Source: the human T2T-CHM13v2.0 reference genome, Homo sapiens. Taken from it: DNA of 64,000 bases. The stretch lies in assembly GCF_009914755.1 (NCBI RefSeq), contig NC_060934.1. One strand, 5' to 3'. Below the pieces are notes generated by a model. It made no database searches. It was not told where the DNA came from and was given only the letters and a program-made list of their open reading frames with translations. A program made the translations under genes and the position numbers. Positions within the stretch are counted from its first letter, which is position 1. Every line of letters starts with the position of its first letter. Shown in pieces: positions 44,409 through 57,586 of the stretch.

Positions 44409-46909
44409 TTGTATCACTTTTTTTTATTTCCTTAAATTGGGCTTTGCCTTTCTCTGGTGCCTCCTTGGTTAACTTAATAACTGACCTTCTGAATTCTTTT
44501 TTAGGTAAGTCAGGGATTTCTGCTTGGTTTGGATCCATCGTTGGTGAGCTAGTGTGATTTTTTTGGGGTGTTAAAGAGCCTTGTTTTGTCATATTACCAG
44601 AGTTGGTTTTCTGGTTCCCTCTCATTTGGGTAGGCTCTGTCAGAGGGAAAGTTTAGGGCTGAGGGCTGTTGCTCAGATTCTTTTGTCCCATGGGGTGTTC
44701 CCTTGATGTAGGGCTCTGCTCCTTTTCCTATGGATGTGGCTTCCAGAGAGGTGGGCTGTAGTGATTGTTATCTCTCTTCTGGGTCCAGCCACCCAGCAAG
44801 TCTACCAGGCTCTGGGCTGGTACTGGGGGTTGTCTGCCCAGAGAGCTGTCTGTGGGCCTCTTGGACATGGACACCAGCACCTGTTCCGGTGGAGGTGGCA
44901 GGGGGTGCAATGCACTTAGCTTTGGTGGTCTAATGCTGTATTTTTGTGCCGGTTGGCCTCCTGCTGGGAGGTGGAGCTTTCCAGAGAGCATCTGCTGTGG
45001 CAGCATAGAGAGGAACCCGCGGTGAGTGGGGCCCTGGAACTCCTAAGAGTATATGCCTTTTGTCTTCAGCTACCAGGCTGGATGGGGAAGGACCATCAGG
45101 TGGGGGCGGGGCCAGTGTCTGAGCTCAGACTCTCTTGGGCGGGTCTTGCTGTGGCTGCTGTGGGGCATGGGGGTGAGATTCGCAGGTTAATGGAGTTGTG
45201 TACCTACGAGAATTATGGCTGCCTCTGCTGAGTCATGCAGGTTGTCAAGGAAGTGGGGAAAAGCCAGCAGCACAGGCCTCACCCAGCTCCCACACAAATT
45301 GAAGGGCTGGTCTCACTCCCACTGTGTCCCCCACAGCAGCCTTGAGTCTGCTTCCAGGCAGTGGGCCAGCAGGGTTGAGAACGTGCCCCAGGCTACCTGC
45401 CTCCCAGCTGTGAAAATGGGGCTTTCATTCTTCCTCTACCTGTGGAGTCTGTCACTGGATTCACACCCTCCCCCAAGTTCTGGCCAGGAGGCTTCTCCTT
45501 AGGTTGGAATTGTTACAAAGTTCAGCTGGAGGTTTCCTTCTCCCTGTGGCCTTTCCCCAGTGCCTCTGGCTGCCCTTCCAAAGGACCCCTCTGAGGTAAG
45601 GCAGAGATGGCTTCCTAGGGAACCAAGAGAGCCCACAGGGCTTTTCCCACTGCTTCCTCCGCCCCTGTATTTCGCTCGACTCAGCTCCAGGTGAGCTCAG
45701 AATCTTCTCCCGTGATCTAGACCTTCAGGTTCTGCAGTGGGGGTGTGTGTTTGGGGGTGAACGGTCCTCCTTTCCCACTTCCATAGCTTGGGCACTCACA
45801 GTATTTGGGGTGTCTCCCAGGTCCTGCAGGAGCAATCTGCTACCTTCAGAGGGTCTGGGGGTTCTCTCGGCTTTCCCGATTTATTCCTGCAGTCGTTCTG
45901 GATGCAGAAGTTCACGACACGAGACTCCACACACTTTTTCTCCATCTGAGTGGGAACTGCAATCTGGTTCTGCCTGCAATCTAGTCCCATCCACCATGAT
46001 CCTCCTCCTGGGTGTTTACTATTCCTGATAGGTGTTTTTGAGCTTTGTTCTGGGACACTGCTGAGTTGTTTGGGAAGAGCATTCTCTGTGAGGCTTGCCT
46101 TCAAGATTGGGGCAGGAGTGGCCCACCACAGAGACAGTGCCTGTCTGGGTGCTCTGCCCAATGCCCTGAGTATTACAGCTCAGGCTTCCACCCATGGTAG
46201 AATCCGCCGGCATACTGTCCCATGCTGCTGTTAGGGAGAGCAGGAGGGATCCAGCTCTCTTGGGAAGCAGGTGCTGTGGTCTTGGGGGGTCTTCCTCTGG
46301 ATCCTGGTTTCCTCACCTGAAGAGCTGGGGGATCTGGCCAGGTGATCCTGACATTTCTTCCTGTGCCAGAAACCTCCCTTTTTACATTGGGATCAGTAGA
46401 CAATTGGTCTGGGCAGAAGCTAAGCTGTGTGTAAATCATGCACAATTTTGTTTTTAGTTCTGATATTTTTAAAACACTGGTACTACCACTTGGAAAACAT
46501 AACATGCTCAGTGGTTTATTTTATAGAGTGATCGTTGCTGCCAATTCTTATATCTCAAAAGGGACTTCTAGTTATTAATGTGACCTAAGCCTTCCTGCCA
46601 GTAGTAACCCAGGCAGACTGAAAACCACCGGAGAGTGACTCATACAACATGTGTCTCCTTTGAAGATGGCCATGCCCTTGAGCCCTGGAGCCGACGGCTG
46701 TTTCCTTAACACGGGGTGGTGGTTACTGTACTTGGTTAGTGTAATATCTGACTTCCACCCCAGGAAGTGCACTCGCAAATTTTAAATCACACTTGTTGTG
46801 TAACTGAAATGATAATGGTAAATACAGGTGCAAGATTTTTTTCCTTGATGAAAAAGTTGTGGCTTTGGACCTGGCCGTGATTTTTTTTTTCTTTTTTAAG
46901 TTGTGGCCA

Positions 46910-48015
46910 GCCTTCTGCCTCTGGATAGATGGAGGGGACATACTTTTCCCTGCTCCCCCATTAGTACAATCAAAACCCTGGACATGAAATAAGAAACCAG
47001 TGTAAGAAGACTCTGAAAGGCAGGCTGGAGAAAGCGGCCGGCCAGGGACCTCAGACCCCAGGAATGACGCCATGGCAGGGTCCCTGGGTTTTCTTTTTGC
47101 CTGGGATGTCCCAGACACAGAGCTGAAGAATCCAGCAACCCAGAGCCAACTGGCTCAGACAAACCATCCCCAAGAAGAGCCTGCTTCCTCCAGCCACAGA
47201 ACCAGTTAGGCAGCAGCCTCACAGCAGACATTTCCCGACATGGATGTGCAGATGGCCAAGGCACACAGGAGAGACGCCACGGCGAGGTGCTAGGGAAATG
47301 CAGACAGAAGCCATAGGGCCTGTGAGCTCACCTAGGAGAACGGCAACGTTAGAAATGGCACCACCACCAAATGCAGGCAAGGGTGTCGGGAACCTGGGTC
47401 CCTCATACACGGCTGGTGGGAGGCAAGGCCCCTCTGGAGACCAGCTGGGCAATAAACATCCAGCTGCCGTAGAGCCCGGAAATGGTTCAGCGCCAGGTAT
47501 CCTCCAGTGGGCGAGTGGCGAAAGATACAGTGGTGCAGCCACACCGTGGGTCACTCTGCGGCGAGAAGGGTGAACCGTGGGCCACTCCGCGGTGAGAAGG
47601 GGTGAACTGTGGGTCACCACCCAGCAGTGAGAAGGTTGAGCTGTGGGTGCCCATGGTAACCTGCGTGGCCCTCCAAGCATCACACGGACTCTCGGGAGGT
47701 CGCCTACTGTATGACTTCATTTCTATAACATTTCTGAAATGGCAAAATTATGTAGTTGGGGAGCAGATCGTGGCTTCCCATGGTTACGGAGGGGGCAGGG
47801 TAGGAGGGAAGTGAATGTGACAATAACAGGGACCCTTGTAGGGACAGGAGTGTTCCCAACCTTTGTCCCCTGGCTGTGATACTGTCCCACTGTTTTCCAA
47901 GATGTTCTCATCGGGGGAAATAGGGAAAGGGGATGTGCGACATCTGTATATTCTGTCTTACAACTGCATGTGGGTCTACAATTATCTCAAACTAAAAGTT
48001 TTTTTTTTTTTAAGA
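46910..48015 (+). mobile_element. Ancient L1MC/MD-type relic (5' and 3' fragments)
   Basis: gaagactctgaaagg...ccctgggttttctttttgcct; cagatggccaag...gggaaatgca; tgtatgacttcatttctataacatttctgaaatggcaaaatta; caactgcatgtgggtctacaattatctcaaa. Confidence 0.65.
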
Positions 48016-48099
48016 AAAAGTCATGGCACTTCAGTGAAAATTTAGAATTTTAATGTATTTGCAGGTGATTCAGAACCTAAGCTTCCTATCACAGAGATT

Positions 48100-48438
48100 G
48101 CCCTTCCTTCCTTTTATTTTCTTCCCTTCCCCTTCCCCTTCCCCTTTCCTTCCTTCCTTTTCTTTTCTCCCCTTCCCCTTCCCCTTTCCTTCCTTCCTTT
48201 TCTTTTCTCCCCTTCCCCTTCCCCTTTCCTTCCTTCCTTTTCTTTTCTCCCCTTCCCCTTCCCCTTTCCTTCCCCTTTCCCTTCCCTTCCCCTTTCCCTT
48301 CCCCTTTCCCTTCCCCTTTCCCTTCCCCTTTCCCTTCCCCTTTCCCTTCCCCTTTCCCTTCCCCTTTCCCTTCCCCTTTCCCTTTCCTTCCTTCCTTTTT
48401 TTTTTCTTTCTTCTTTTTCTTTTCTCTTTCTTTTTTTG
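48100..48438. repeat. Polypyrimidine (CCCTTC/CCTTTC)n tract, an expanded Alu tail
   Basis: About 330 nt of almost pure C/T with a 12-bp periodic core cccttccccttt. Confidence 0.95.
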
Positions 48439-48707
48439 AGACAAGGTCTTCCTCTGTTTTCCAGGTGGGAGTGCAGTGACATGATCACAGCTCACTGCGG
48501 CCTTGACCTCCCAGCCCCAAGCGATCCTCCTGCCTCAGCCTCCCAGGGAGCTGGGACCACAGGTGCCCACCTGGTTAATTTATTTGTTGCAGAGATGGGG
48601 TCTCCCTCTGTTGCCCAGGCTGGTCTCAGACTCCTGGGTTCAAGTGATCCTCCCACCTTAGCCTCTTAAGGTGCTGGGATTACAGGCCTCAGCCACTATG
48701 CCCAGCC
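48439..48707 (-). mobile_element. AluJ-like
   Basis: Diverged antisense dimer. Confidence 0.85.
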
Positions 48708-50548
48708 AAGATCGCCTTTCAGTACAAAGTGAAATGTGCTAGATTCAATTCTGGAGATGAGGACTGATGGCTCGCTGTCACCGTCTTAACATTTATTGAT
48801 CAAAATGTGAACGTGTTGAAGTCAGTGCAGAGATTTTGTGGATGATCCCAAGCTGCTTTTCAGAAAGTCACTCATGGCACTTCCTGAGGGCTGTGTGGGT
48901 TGTTGTGGGATGAAATGGTCTCTTGTCCATCTTGAAGCATCTTTAGCGTCCATCGCAGTGGCCACTGCAGATCAGAGTGCGGACGTCCCTTAAGAGCCCT
49001 TCTAGGTATCACTGTGAGGCCAGCTTAGTGGCGTTGCTCTTCTCCTGGGTGCTGAGTGGCTGCCAGAGCCCCTGGCACCTCCACCGGGCTTCTCCCATCC
49101 TGGGCCTGGTCTTTACCGTGACCTCTGGCCACACCAGGGGCATTTGCAGTGAGGAAGGGGCTCTTTACCACAGCGCTCCTCTCTCAGAGCTGGATTTGCG
49201 ACACTGGTCTCGTGATCAGGAGCCGGGGGTGAAGTCCTGGGTCCTCCTTCCTCCTGGAGAGACAGGCCATACTCAGTAAGCCTCCTCAGGGTGTTCTTAC
49301 ACTCAGCTGGGTTTGGGAACCGAACCTTGGACTTCTCTGTAGGTAAACCATTTAGCCCAGAAAGAATGCAAGTCAAATGTTTACAGCCTGGTGAGGTCAC
49401 AGGAGCTGCAGAGACATGGACCGTCCCACCCCAGGATGCCCCCGAATCACAGGAGGTGGCTCTGAAGGCTGCTCGGGTGTGGACAGGTCTGACTGACTTC
49501 TCGGTGTCCTCTGCATCGCGTGGTGGTATTGAAGCCCAAATCCAGAGGCTCAACACTGAGTAAACAGCCCGACAGGGACAGAGTGGAGCAAAGCTCTAAG
49601 GGGGCCGGCCTCCTCGTCAGCAACACTGAGGTTCACTGTGGTGATTCACCGGCAGTGGAAAGACATCCATCAGCTGTAAAGCTTTGTCTTCCACACAGAA
49701 ACCTCCTGCCATAAAACAACTTTACCAGAGGTCAACCCAAAGCACTTCTTCAGCCTTCAGATGATGACTGGGAAATAAGTTGTTTTATTACCTCCTCAGA
49801 GACCCCGAAATAAAAGATAGGCAATCTGCACTGTTAATTTAACGACTTCCCTAAGGAAAGTATGAAGGTGCAGTCCCGGTCTGAAACTGACAGCAAAGCC
49901 CACTGGGGAACCCTGTGCAGCAGAGGAAGCACTCTGTCTACGGGGGTTTGGGGAGGCCCTGGTGCAAACTCGACCTCTCTTGCATATGCTGTGGGTTTTC
50001 CCCGACTAACAGGCTCAGGACCCTTATTTTTCCGGGTCAAATGCAACTCAGCATGTGTGTAAGACGCCCAGTGCTTTAATGCACGTCCTGATTGTGTCAA
50101 TGAATCAACTCATGGGTACATTCACAAGTCCTCATCAGGCCAGTCCCCTGGGCACCGCCTGCCCTGTGCCTTGTGGCTCAGGTGCGTGTCACGGACGGCA
50201 CATTCCTCGGCACCCCAAACCCCTCGCACTGCCACGCTGTCCGTCTGCAGCTCCCGTGCTCACCCTGGTTGATGGTGGTCTTGAGCAGAGTCCACAGTGT
50301 CTGGAGGGCTCGTCTGCATCTGAGATTCACGCTGCGTTGCTGTGATTCCCGGTGAAGGGACAGCCCCGGTCCCAGCCCTCCTGTGATCCTGTCGTGGTGA
50401 GGGGCTGGCACAGTGCTGTAGGGGGTGTCTGCTCTGAGCTTGCACCCACCCTGGCTCCTGCCCCCGGGCTGATCCAGGCTCCCCAGGGCAGATGCAGCTG
50501 TGACCAGACTCTGCCCAGTGGGTGTCCCACAGTGTGCTGCCCTCACAG

Positions 50549-50597
50549 GCCCCCACACGGACCCCCCACACGGACCCCCCGCACGGACCCCCACGCA
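50549..50597. repeat. Short tandem repeat of about 13 bp (cccccacacgga)
   Basis: 3-4 imperfect copies. Confidence 0.75.
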
Positions 50598-51172
50598 GGT
50601 CCCTCAGACCCGCTCCCATCCCGTTGGAGAACTGTGGGTCTCCTCGAGCCAGGAACGCCATGGTCTGGGACTCAGTGCAGAGTGTGCCACGTGGGGCCGA
50701 GCTCTTGGCATGAGCCGGCTGGACCTCCCGCATGGCTGAAGCCCATGCCACACCCAAGGTGGGGGTGTCTGGGCCGCCACCAGCTGAGATCTCCCACTCC
50801 CGCAGCCTTTGGGTCTCTCTCCAGTCGCCCCGTCTGCCTCCCAGGGTGTCAGGAAGGCCACGAGAAGACGTATCGACCAGAACAGCCTCACACACCCTTG
50901 AGACTGGATGATTCTCTGCACCCTGGTTCCTTACGAGGGTTGAGGGGTGAGCAGAAAAGCTCATGAAACCCAGCAGCCACCCCCAGGGCCGGAGCGCAGG
51001 CCACGCCCCCCCCAGCAGCTATGAGCTCCGTCACCTGCCAACAGCAGCAGTGTCCTTGTGGGGAAAGGAGATGCCTCCATTTACCAAAGCTGTGATCATC
51101 CGAGGTGCGGAGCCTCCCAGCCGCCCCAACATCATTTCATTTTAGGATGCGAGGCGAGACTTGAAAGCCCCT

Positions 51173-51270
51173 TTCTCTCGGCATGAGGAACCCCGGCCGC
51201 GCTCCCCATTCTCTCTGCATGAGGAACCCCGGCCGCGCTCCCCGTTCTCTCTGCATGAGGAACCCCAGCT
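51173..51270. repeat. 36-bp tandem repeat, about 2.5 copies
   Basis: gcatgaggaacccc recurs at 51181, 51217 and 51253. Confidence 0.9.
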
Positions 51271-51638
51271 GTGCTCCTGGGCGGGAAGGAAGAGCTTGCC
51301 GCAGACCCCAGCTGGGTGCCTGAGCCTTGCCACTTGGGGGAGATTCACACCATCCCTGCTCGTTTTCATAAGGAATAAACTCAACATAGTTACCGTATCA
51401 GTTCCCAGATTGGTGCTGGAGAAAAATATCAACTCTGCCTCTAGGGAGATGCCAGTGAAAGCTCTCAGACCAGGGTGGCCAGTGCGGGACCCAGAGTGGA
51501 CTTGAATCCGTTCGGAGGAGCTGGGCACTCCCAGGCCTGGGACGGGAGGAGGGAGGCCAGTCTGGGGAGCTTTTTCTGCAATGTAGACAAGGTTTTAGCT
51601 TTCTATACTTTCCCTCCTCCAAAGTGGAAATCCATACA

Positions 51639-51740
51639 TGGGAGGCTGAGGTGGGAGGATTGCTTGAGCCCAGGAAGTCGAGGCTACAGTGAGCTGTGAT
51701 TGCACCGCTGCTCTCCAGCCTGGGCGACAGAGCAAGGACC
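51639..51740 (+). mobile_element. Alu right-arm fragment
   Basis: tgggaggctgaggtgggaggattgcttgagcccagg...ctccagcctgggcgacagagc. Confidence 0.85.
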
Positions 51741-53249
51741 GACCCCCCAACCCCACCACTGAAGTCTCCCCGAAACAAAATTAACTAAATGCTACGAACA
51801 GTGGGTTAATTAGAAATTAGCTCCTGGGATGGGTCTAAATGTTGACCATTGTGTATTAGCAACCATGACCCTTTAAAACAGATTCTCTTTCAAAAAACTG
51901 CTTCATCTATTTTAAATAGCAAAACTATGGGAACGACAACTGTCTCGGCAGCCAGATTTTATTTTCCCTTTTCCTCAAATGCTCAATGCCCTATGACAGC
52001 CAGATGGGAATGAGTTTCTGCCGCCATCAGTGAGCACTGCACAGAGAGTGGTGCGGCAGCCAGGAGAGGGCAGTGGTGGCCCGGGGCTCAGTCCTGGGGT
52101 GCCGCTGGAAGGAAGCTGGAGCCCTGTGTCTCGGGGGCTGTCTATGAGGACTTGAATGGAGGTGGGAACGTGTTATTGGAAGTGGGAAAGAACACCCTTG
52201 TGTGGAGGTGGGAAGTTTACCAGAGCAGTCACCTGTGGTGGTAGAGAACCCGAGGGCACAGGACAGGACCTGGCCCTTCCCCAGTGGGTTCTTCATCCCC
52301 CTGGAGAGTCCCCTTCATGGGTCCCCAGGGAGGACTGTGGGAGGTGGGCCCACAGTTCTGGAGCCCGCAGGAGCCCACCCGACGCTCATGTGGTTGGGAC
52401 CAGGAGTCACTAAAAGTCGCTCAAGTGTCAGCTGGTGTCTCCCCTTAGAGCAGCTTGTTATCAAGAGACAGCAAAGCACCTGCAGAACCTCCTGTCCCAT
52501 CTCTAGGAGTCTGTGCCCACCCAATGTCCTCTCATTCTCCAGCAGCAAGGCCAGCCGAGCCCCCTTTCCTCCTCAGGCCCTTCTTCTTGCATACTTCTCA
52601 GGCCTTTCCCAAGCTGCCTAGGGTTTTGTCCTCAGGATGGAGCTGGAAAGGGGAGACAGGCAGTGCGCCGGGCCCGGCGAGCACCCTCTCCTTTGTAAAT
52701 GAAGATGCCTCTGATGACGTCCGCGGGACAACCTGGGTGCAGCCTCAGCCCCGTCCATGGGTCCAGCCCCTCCGTCTGCAGTGGCATCCTGAGGGCACCT
52801 TCCTCCCTCTGTACCCCATGACAGCTCCCAGCTTTGCCATCTGCCCGAGCCTGGTCCCTCCAGTCCCCGTCTCACACGTGCAGAGCTGACATCCACCCTG
52901 CCGGGCCCTTCTCCCCATCCAGGTGGAGGCCGGCGGCCCTGCAGGGTGAGACGTGCCCAGCCTCTTCCCAGTTCACCTGTCAGCCCCGCAGGCTCCTCGT
53001 GGTTCCTGGGTGTCTGCATCGCCTCCCAGGTGACGGGTCACCTCCGACCCTCCTTTCACCCTCCCTCTGTGAGGCCATCTTCACTCACCCGTGGAAGTCT
53101 ACTTGGCTGCCCTGTGGCCCTCCCACCTGCCCGTCCTGCCACCTCCGCTGGTCTCTGAGCCCCACACCCACACAGCTCGGCCTTCATCAAACTGCAGGGC
53201 CCATGTCCAAGTCTCCCTCCCATGGTCCTGTGGACTGATAAATAGGGGG

Positions 53250-53465
53250 CTGGAGACAGATGCAGGAGTAGGTGGGGAGGGCTGTGTTCACCAGGCCGGA
53301 GAGGAGATGCAGGAGTGATGGGGGCCTGTGTTCACCAGGAGAGGAGACGCGGGCATGGGGTGGGGGGAAGTGTTCACCGGGAGAGGAGATGGGGGCGTGG
53401 GGTGGGCCTGTGTTCATCAGGAAATGGGAGCAGGAGTTGTGGGGGTGGGGGCTGTGTTCACCGGG
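53250..53465. repeat. Degenerate G-rich tandem repeat of about 40 bp, about 5 copies
   Basis: Recurrent ggg(c)ctgtgttcacc(a/g)ggagaggagat. Confidence 0.75.
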
Positions 53466-53739
53466 AAAGTTCCCATGTGTGATCTGCCTGCTTGTCCCTT
53501 CTATCCTGGCTGCCTTCACTGCCCTGTAACAGGTGACAGGAGCAGAAGGTAAACAAGGACAAGAGGGAAAGGTGCTTTTTTCCCTCTGTCGGGGAAAGCT
53601 GGTCATGGTGGGGATGGAAGGAGGCCCCAGGAGCAGGAGGGCCACAGAGGAGCCCAATGGACCTGTTAGGAGCACCGGGGGTCCTTGACCCTCTGGGCAG
53701 CCAAGAGGAGCATCTGACATAGGAGCTGGGGTAGAGAAG

Positions 53740-53945
53740 CAGCTGCTGGAGAGGAACATCAGGGGGAGAGAGGAACATCAGAGACGGGGAGGAGCACCTG
53801 GGGGAGAGGAGCAGCTGGAGGGGAGGAGCACCTGGGGGAGAGGAGCAGCTGGGGGGGAGGAGCAGCTGGAGGGGAAGAGCACCTGGGGGAGAGGAGTAGC
53901 TTGGTGGGGGGAGCCTCTGAGGGAAAGGAACAGCTAGGGGAGGTG
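53740..53945. repeat. Purine-rich degenerate repeat of about 16-17 bp (gggggagaggagcagct)
   Basis: About 10 imperfect units. Confidence 0.8.
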
Positions 53946-54079
53946 CCTGGCAGCACAGAAGGAAAGTGTGAGGATCTCACCAGCCTCGTCTAATCACCTC
54001 TTCTTAGACAATGAGCAGCTTCCCTGGGGTTGAACCTGGAGGACTTGCTGTGACCAGTGGAGATCACTGATTGCCTACA

Positions 54080-54204
54080 CCAGGTCCCTAGTGCCTGACC
54101 ATGGATTGGTGCCTGTCCGTGGCCTGTTAGAAGCTGGGCCATACAGCAGGAGGCAAGCAGTGGGCGAGGGAGGGAAGCTTCCTGTGTATTTACGGCCACT
54201 CCCC
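54080..54204 (+). mobile_element. MER1-like (hAT-Charlie) DNA transposon fragment
   Basis: gtccgtggcctgttagaagctgggccatacagcaggagg...gaagcttcctgtgtatttacggccactcccc. Confidence 0.7.
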
Positions 54205-54249
54205 TTGAGGGACACAGAGCCAGACCCTATCTCCAAAAAAAGAAAGAAA

Positions 54250-54630
54250 ATCCATCTCCATTAAACAGTAGCTCCCATTGCCTCTCCTGCCAGCCCCTGG
54301 CACCCACCATTCTACTTAGTTCCTGGGTTTGCCGACTGTAGATCCTGAATATATACGTGAAATCATGCGGCATTTGTCCTTCTGTGACCGGCTCATTTCA
54401 CCCAGCCTAATGTCTTCAGGGATCCTCCTGTCATAGCGTGTGTCCGAATCTCCCTCCTGGTTACAGCTGGATAATATTCTGCTACGTGGATATTCTGCAT
54501 TTTGTGTAGCCACTCATCCATCGATGGATGCAGGTTGCCTCCACTGGCAGCTACCTGGATTGTGCTGCTGTGAGCTGGGCGTGCGCTTCTGTTCCAGTCC
54601 CTGCTTTCCGCACTTCTGGGCATTTCCTGG
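54250..54630 (-). mobile_element. L1MB-type 3' fragment
   Basis: cagcccctggcacccaccattctact...catttgtccttctgtgaccggctcatttcac. Confidence 0.7.
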
Positions 54631-55065
54631 GTGCAGCTTGTGGGTCTCTGTGGAGGAGCCCGGTCACGGGGTCCCTCTGCCGTCTGAGAGCTCGTGGTTT
54701 ATATGTGCCATTGCCGCCATGTGGCCTCACAGCCATGTACAGAATTCTGAGTTCGAAGTTGGGTGCCCACTCCCTCACTCTCTGATTCCTAAGAGGGAAA
54801 AGAATTCACCCGTGCTGAGTGTTCATCCCATGCTGGGCGTGGGGATGTCCTCTTAGATGTGGGGTCCCTGTCTGGGGGCACCATATGGCGGGCAGATGGG
54901 CTCTGAGGTCTGGGGCTGGTTCCCTGGCCTGCGTCGTCCAGGTAGCATCCTCAGCACTGCAATGAGGTGGGGGGTCCACGTGCCCCTGCCCTGGCACACA
55001 AGCCCCTGAGCTCCAGGCCACGGCTCCGGAGGGAGCTGCTCACCGCGGTGTGCTTTCCCCTCCAG

Positions 55066-55454
<389 letters not shown>

Positions 55455-56469
55455 TAAAGGCTGCTTGGGACAGACCACTTGGTGGGGGGTGGGGCGGCAG
55501 GCAGTGGGAGACTTGAGGGCCTGTAGGCACAGGTGCCGTGGTGGTGACCGCAAACCACGCTGAGCTCACAGAAATTATCCTCTGCTGCATGGGGACAGCC
55601 CTCCCATCTGGGGCCGCAGGGCCTTGGGGTCTGTGTCCAGTGGTGCCATACCTGGAAAGGACGCTGACTTTCCCACTGCAGTGTCCATGGTGGAACTGAC
55701 CTGAAACAGAGTGGGCAGGTATGGCTCTCACATGGGAATAAAGGAAAAGGATGGGCCATCGGTTTAGAGCTTCCAGATTTGGAGGAACAGCACCCGTTAG
55801 CGAATGTGGAGATGCAGGGGCAAGCCCGGGGGATGGGGAGGCCCACGATGGCCTCTGGCTGGATGCCCAGCACTTTGGGGCTTTTGAAGCCTCGGGAAAG
55901 ATTGGGCTGTGCTGAGCTGTGCTGGCAGCCAAGGGGGTGGGGGTCTGAAGCAGGGGGAGGGGCTGACCAGAAGACAAGACAAGCCCTGGGGTGGGCTACC
56001 CACGCCTGAACCTCTTTCCACCTCTAGCATGACCTTTGCCCTCTCCTTTCCATCTCCTGGTCCCCAGGAGCCATTAAGAAGTGTGCCCAGGTTCCTGGAA
56101 GGAGAAGGCGAGGGAGAGAGCATCTGGAGAGAAGGCAGCTCCAGGAAGGGGCTGGGAACGAAGGCAGGTGCCTGCCGTGGGCTTGGAAGGGCCTGGGTCA
56201 CGCGTGGATGGTGTCCCCACTCCAGGCCCTAGTTCTCTCCCTCCCTGTTTCTTGCCCATCAAAGGCATCTCTCTTGGGACCTGCATGGTCTGGCGGTGGA
56301 GGGGAGTCGGGTTATTTGGGGGTGGTTGCTTAACCTCTGACTTATTCACCCTCCTGTGATTTCACCTCCTTGTCATATCAAAAGAAGAAGAATGTTTCGT
56401 GACACGTGATCATCATGTGTAGTTCAGATTTTGGTGCCCACACCACAAGGAAAGTTGTATTAGAACATG

Positions 56470-56745
56470 AGTCATCCCAGCACATTAGGAGGCCAAGGTG
56501 GGAGGATAGCTTGAGCCCAGGAGTTCGAGACCAACCTGGGCAACATAGGGAGACCTCATCTCTACAAAAAAAAATGGACACATTACGCAGGTGCGGTGGT
56601 ATGCTCCTGTGGGCTCAGCTGCTCGGGAGGCTGAGGCAAGACAATTACTTGAGTCTAGGAGGTTGAGGCTACAGTAAGCTGTGATTGTGCCACTGTACTC
56701 TAGCCTGCATGACAGAGCGAGACCCTGTCTCTAAAGAAATAAAAA
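56470..56745 (+). mobile_element. AluJ-like
   Basis: tcccagcacattaggaggccaagg ... gagcgagaccctgtctct. Confidence 0.88.
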
Positions 56746-57294
56746 TGATTTAAAAAAAAAAACCCACAGCTGCACCTGCTCATTTACATATTGTCCTTGG
56801 AGTTGACCCACAAAACCTAAAATATTTACCATCTGGCCCCGCCCCCGTTCCTCCCCCTCCTGCCATGAGTCCCTCCTCTGTAGAATGGGGATGAACACAG
56901 CCTGTGGCCTGGAGGGGGGAGTGTTGCTGAGGCTTCGGGGCACAGCTCGGGGAGTCTCGCTTCTCGGATACCAGAAGGCCGATGGCATGGGGACACGATC
57001 AGTAAATGTGCGTCTAGCACCTGCTCTGTGCCAGGCGCCCATAAATCCCAAACAACAAGGCCCAGAGGCCCCGACTCGCTGCAGGAGCACAAGGTCAGGG
57101 TGCTAATGCCCCCCGTCAAAAAATGGGGAGTTGCCCCAAATGGAGAGACCAGGCTGCACGGTGAGCCTCAGACATGGCTGTCGTCTTCCCTCTCTGCATT
57201 TTGCTGGTGGAAGAAGAGATGACTTGTCAAGAGCCCAGTGAGAATGAAACCCTTTGTTTTATTGAGTAAAAATATAACAATTATCTTTTTTTAA

Positions 57295-57586
57295 AAAAAC
57301 AAAGTCTTACTCTGTCACCCTGTCTGGAGTGCAGTGGTGCGATCTCAGCTCACTACAGCCTCGACCTCCTGGGCTCAAGCAATCCTCTCACCTCAGCCCC
57401 TCAAATAACTGAGACCACAGGTGTGCACCACCATGTCCGGCTATTTTTTTTTTTTTTTAACTTTTTTGTAGAGACTGGGTCTCGCCATTTTGCCCGGGCT
57501 GGTCTCAAACTCCTGGACTCAAGCAATCTTCCTGCCTCAGCCTCCCAACATGCTGGGATTACAGGGCTAAGCCATTGCCCCCAGCC
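57295..57586 (-). mobile_element. AluJ-like
   Basis: Antisense dimer. Confidence 0.88.

Noticed and set aside
48053-48495. PF/GK/RE-repeat ORFs (also 21945-22331)
   Set aside because: Translations of low-complexity pyrimidine tracts.
50178-50966. GC-rich ORFs of 204-234 aa on both strands
   Set aside because: Expected by chance at this GC content; no homology or splice signals recognised.
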